Of a stretch of DNA of 64,000 nucleotides, positions 61,600-64,000 are shown one piece after another (the stretch's first letter is position 1; every line of letters begins with the position of its first letter). The notes under the pieces were generated by a model. That model saw only the letters and a list, made by a program, of their open reading frames with translations. It had not been told where the DNA came from and searched no databases. The DNA is from Escherichia phage L14. The stretch lies in the sequence record OQ992558.1. One strand, 5' to 3'. The position numbers and the translations under genes were made by a program.

Positions 61600-61676
61600 T
61601 CATTTTTTCCATAGGCATCATTATATTTTCCTCACTGGTTAAAGATAGAGTAATTATAACACGATAAATTTAGGCA

Positions 61677-62525
61677 TTAATCAACTGCTATTGGATGAAT
61701 AGCATTAAACTTATGAAATGCTTCTGATTTTTCTTTACGTGAAACGCACATGCGAAGAACCTTTAATGGCTCGTCTTCTTCACCCAACGATTTTCGTTTT
61801 TCAATATTCGACGTTTTCCAACGAGCTTGCTCTGGAAACTCTCTATTGATTTGCTCAAGCGCTCTATTATGTTTAGAATTACTACGAATTGAACTACACC
61901 CACCAGGAGCTTGCGCTTTTCCAGATACAACCAGATATTTGAACAAGGCCAAATGCGGATAACCTTGATTAATTAAATTGAGAAATGCATACATATCTTC
62001 GCACAAATCAATTTTTCCATACCCAATTTGTTCTGTCGTAAGTTTTCCGAGGTCATACCATGTATTCGTGAATCCATATGAATTTTCACGATAATTACCC
62101 CAAGATGAAGTAATTTTAAAAATTGGTAGACGAGCATGGCCATGATAATACCCGCAATCCATGGCATCCTCAACATATTGAATCAATTCATAGAACTGTT
62201 CACGAGTCAATTGATTGACTTTATCTACACAACGACGGTCATCTCTTTTTCGCATTGAACTCATACGAATAGTAGTATCATCGTCAATCATCCAGATTCG
62301 TTGACCTGCATACATATCAGTAATTGCTTTACGAGTACCGGCAATTCCGTTTACATCATCAGGAATAGTTATAATTTTAGCTCTAGACCCATAGGCATCA
62401 TAATAAGCTTTTTCTTCATGTTCACGCACTATAATATGCGGTTCATAATCAGTCGGAAACATATCAAGGGCAGAAACTGCCCCTACACGCTGATAACTTG
62501 GAATTACGAATTGAATCATTTCCAC
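61677..62525 (-). CDS. glycosyltransferase with DXD motif (282 aa); candidate HMC-glucosyl transferase
   Basis: IWMIDDDTTIR DXD motif; occupies the uvsX-42 slot where T4 has the 351-aa beta-gt. Confidence 0.6.
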   Translation of the reverse strand: MEMIQFVIPSYQRVGAVSALDMFPTDYEPHIIVREHEEKAYYDAYGSRAKIITIPDDVNGIAGTRKAITDMYAGQRIWMIDDDTTIRMSSMRKRDDRRCVDKVNQLTREQFYELIQYVEDAMDCGYYHGHARLPIFKITSSWGNYRENSYGFTNTWYDLGKLTTEQIGYGKIDLCEDMYAFLNLINQGYPHLALFKYLVVSGKAQAPGGCSSIRSNSKHNRALEQINREFPEQARWKTSNIEKRKSLGEEDEPLKVLRMCVSRKEKSEAFHKFNAIHPIAVD

Positions 62526-63256
62526 TCACCATTATAATCTTTTTTCACAATATGAGTTTCGCCAGTATTCCACCAATGATCAACCAAGTAAAAATGACGA
62601 GAATATACATGAAGACTTCCAACATTCCATATAATAGAACCTGCTTTATATTGACGAGTTGAATCGCCTGCATTCAAATCAGATACTAATTTATCTAATA
62701 CGTATTTTTGCCATGCATAATCATTACGGAATCCGAAGACCACATCATTTGAGCGCATGTTAACAACCGCATTGATTTTCTTGTCACGAATCAGGTATTG
62801 TACTGTATTTGTACACATGAAATCTGACATGCCATCTTTATTGTAGTCAAACTGCATAGATGGACGAGTATAAATCATGATACCACGTCGAGAATCAGGA
62901 TTTTGACCAAGTTCAGCTAAACACATGTCATATTGAGCATAGTTATCTTCTGACCAGATAGCCCAACCATAATTCGAGTTAATTTCACCTTTAGAAGATG
63001 CTACTTGTTGCCAAATCTTCGGTGTTTCACCCGGAATATCTTTAACGAACAAGCTTTTAGATTTATACCATTCAAGTTCACGCTGAATGTATTCATCATT
63101 AAGAGCGCCAAAAATAAACGGTTCATCTGCTACAAATGATGCGCCAATAATTTCAATAGTTTTAACACCAGTTTTATCAACTACGAAATCTTTTTCTTTT
63201 AATGCAAGTCCCAAATGAAGACGGATTTCTTCAACTGTCATAGAGTCACTAATCAT
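62516..63256 (-). CDS. 42: dCMP hydroxymethylase (246 aa)
   Basis: TS-fold enzyme; matches recalled T4 gp42 length and position. Confidence 0.9.
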   Translation of the reverse strand: MISDSMTVEEIRLHLGLALKEKDFVVDKTGVKTIEIIGASFVADEPFIFGALNDEYIQRELEWYKSKSLFVKDIPGETPKIWQQVASSKGEINSNYGWAIWSEDNYAQYDMCLAELGQNPDSRRGIMIYTRPSMQFDYNKDGMSDFMCTNTVQYLIRDKKINAVVNMRSNDVVFGFRNDYAWQKYVLDKLVSDLNAGDSTRQYKAGSIIWNVGSLHVYSRHFYLVDHWWNTGETHIVKKDYNGEWK

Positions 63257-63409
63257 TTAAACCTCAATTGATACATTCATATTTAACTTGTAACAGTAAT
63301 AAACCCCAACCTAAAATAATAGTTGGAATCATAAGAGGAACCGTTACACTGTAGTATATACTTATTATAATCATCAAGATTAAAAGCAATGCTGCTATAA
63401 TTTTGCTTT

Positions 63410-63661
63410 TCATTCCTTCTCTCTGATGATAATTACCTGATTTGGCTGCGCAAACTTTTTAGTTTCACCTGCAATTGACCAAATAAATGTAATAAACCAA
63501 CCAATAATTGACCAGTTAAACAGTAAAGACGTGAAAAAGATTCCTACTGTCGATTTTGACCCACGCATCAAGGCGATAAACCATGGAAGCATGTATATAA
63601 TAATAGCCAACACGCCTGAAACTAAAACCATAAAAATTGAACCTGCTACTAAAGTTTCCAT
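63410..63661 (-). CDS. imm: Imm superinfection immunity membrane protein (83 aa)
   Basis: Two TM helices; size and position as T4 imm. Confidence 0.75.
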   Translation of the reverse strand: METLVAGSIFMVLVSGVLAIIIYMLPWFIALMRGSKSTVGIFFTSLLFNWSIIGWFITFIWSIAGETKKFAQPNQVIIIREKE

Positions 63662-63668
63662 GTTTTCC

Positions 63669-63884
63669 TCACTTAGTCAAATTTTTTACGCATGAATTAT
63701 AAGAATTCACTACATACTCCATCGGAGCATTTTTACCAGTACGCCATTGGTAATTATTAGCCCAATTAGCCCAAATTTCGGCGCAGTAGTTTTCAATTTT
63801 TTCTTCGCGTGTAATTACATCAGAATTACGATATGCTTGAGCAGATTCATCTGGACGAATAGCTTCGTCAAAATTCGCCTGCAT
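63669..63884 (-). CDS. hypothetical protein (at least 71 aa)
   Basis: Reading frame stays open upstream of the ATG to the window edge (64000), so the protein may be longer. Confidence 0.4.
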   Translation of the reverse strand: MQANFDEAIRPDESAQAYRNSDVITREEKIENYCAEIWANWANNYQWRTGKNAPMEYVVNSYNSCVKNLTK

Positions 63885-64000
63885 TTGTTCGACTGTTTGC
63901 TTTGGAGCTTCTTTATAACACTTGACATTAGGATTATAAAATTTGCTTGAACAGTTTACAATTTTTCCTACATCAGACTGATTTACTACCGGTCCTTGAG

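Overview
This window reads as a contiguous segment of a T4-like (Tevenvirinae) myovirus genome. All gene identifications rest on my recall of T4 protein sequences, lengths and gene order, plus motifs visible in the translations; no database search was run. Gene order is colinear with the T4 map: a minus-strand early block (rIII, 31, cd, pseT, alc, rnlA, denA, nrdB, nrdA, td, frd, 32, 59, 33, dsbA, rnh), the plus-strand late tail-fibre and lysis block (34, 35, 36, 37, 38, t), then a second minus-strand early block (asiA, arn, motA, 52, ndd, denB, rIIB, rIIA, 39, dexA, dda, srd, modA, modB, soc, 56, 61, sp, 41, 40, uvsX, a glycosyltransferase, 42, imm). Several loci differ from T4 in a T2/T6-like direction: gene 39 is one unsplit 606-aa ORF, gp38 is a glycine-rich adhesin, gp37 ends in a chaperone-like domain, and a DXD glycosyltransferase sits where T4 has beta-gt. 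The most notable observation is that td is interrupted by a 320-nt group I intron with no homing-endonuclease ORF, and no seg/mob/I-Tev-like ORF was recognised anywhere in the window. Other points worth a second look are a 115-aa ORF inserted between frd and td, a plus-strand MotA-type promoter antisense to modA, a plus-strand membrane ORF between 56 and 61, tandem paralogues near motB, and a family of UUCG-loop hairpins including two identical copies 53 kb apart. No tRNA, rRNA or CRISPR array was seen. Promoter and hairpin coordinates were counted by eye and are approximate.
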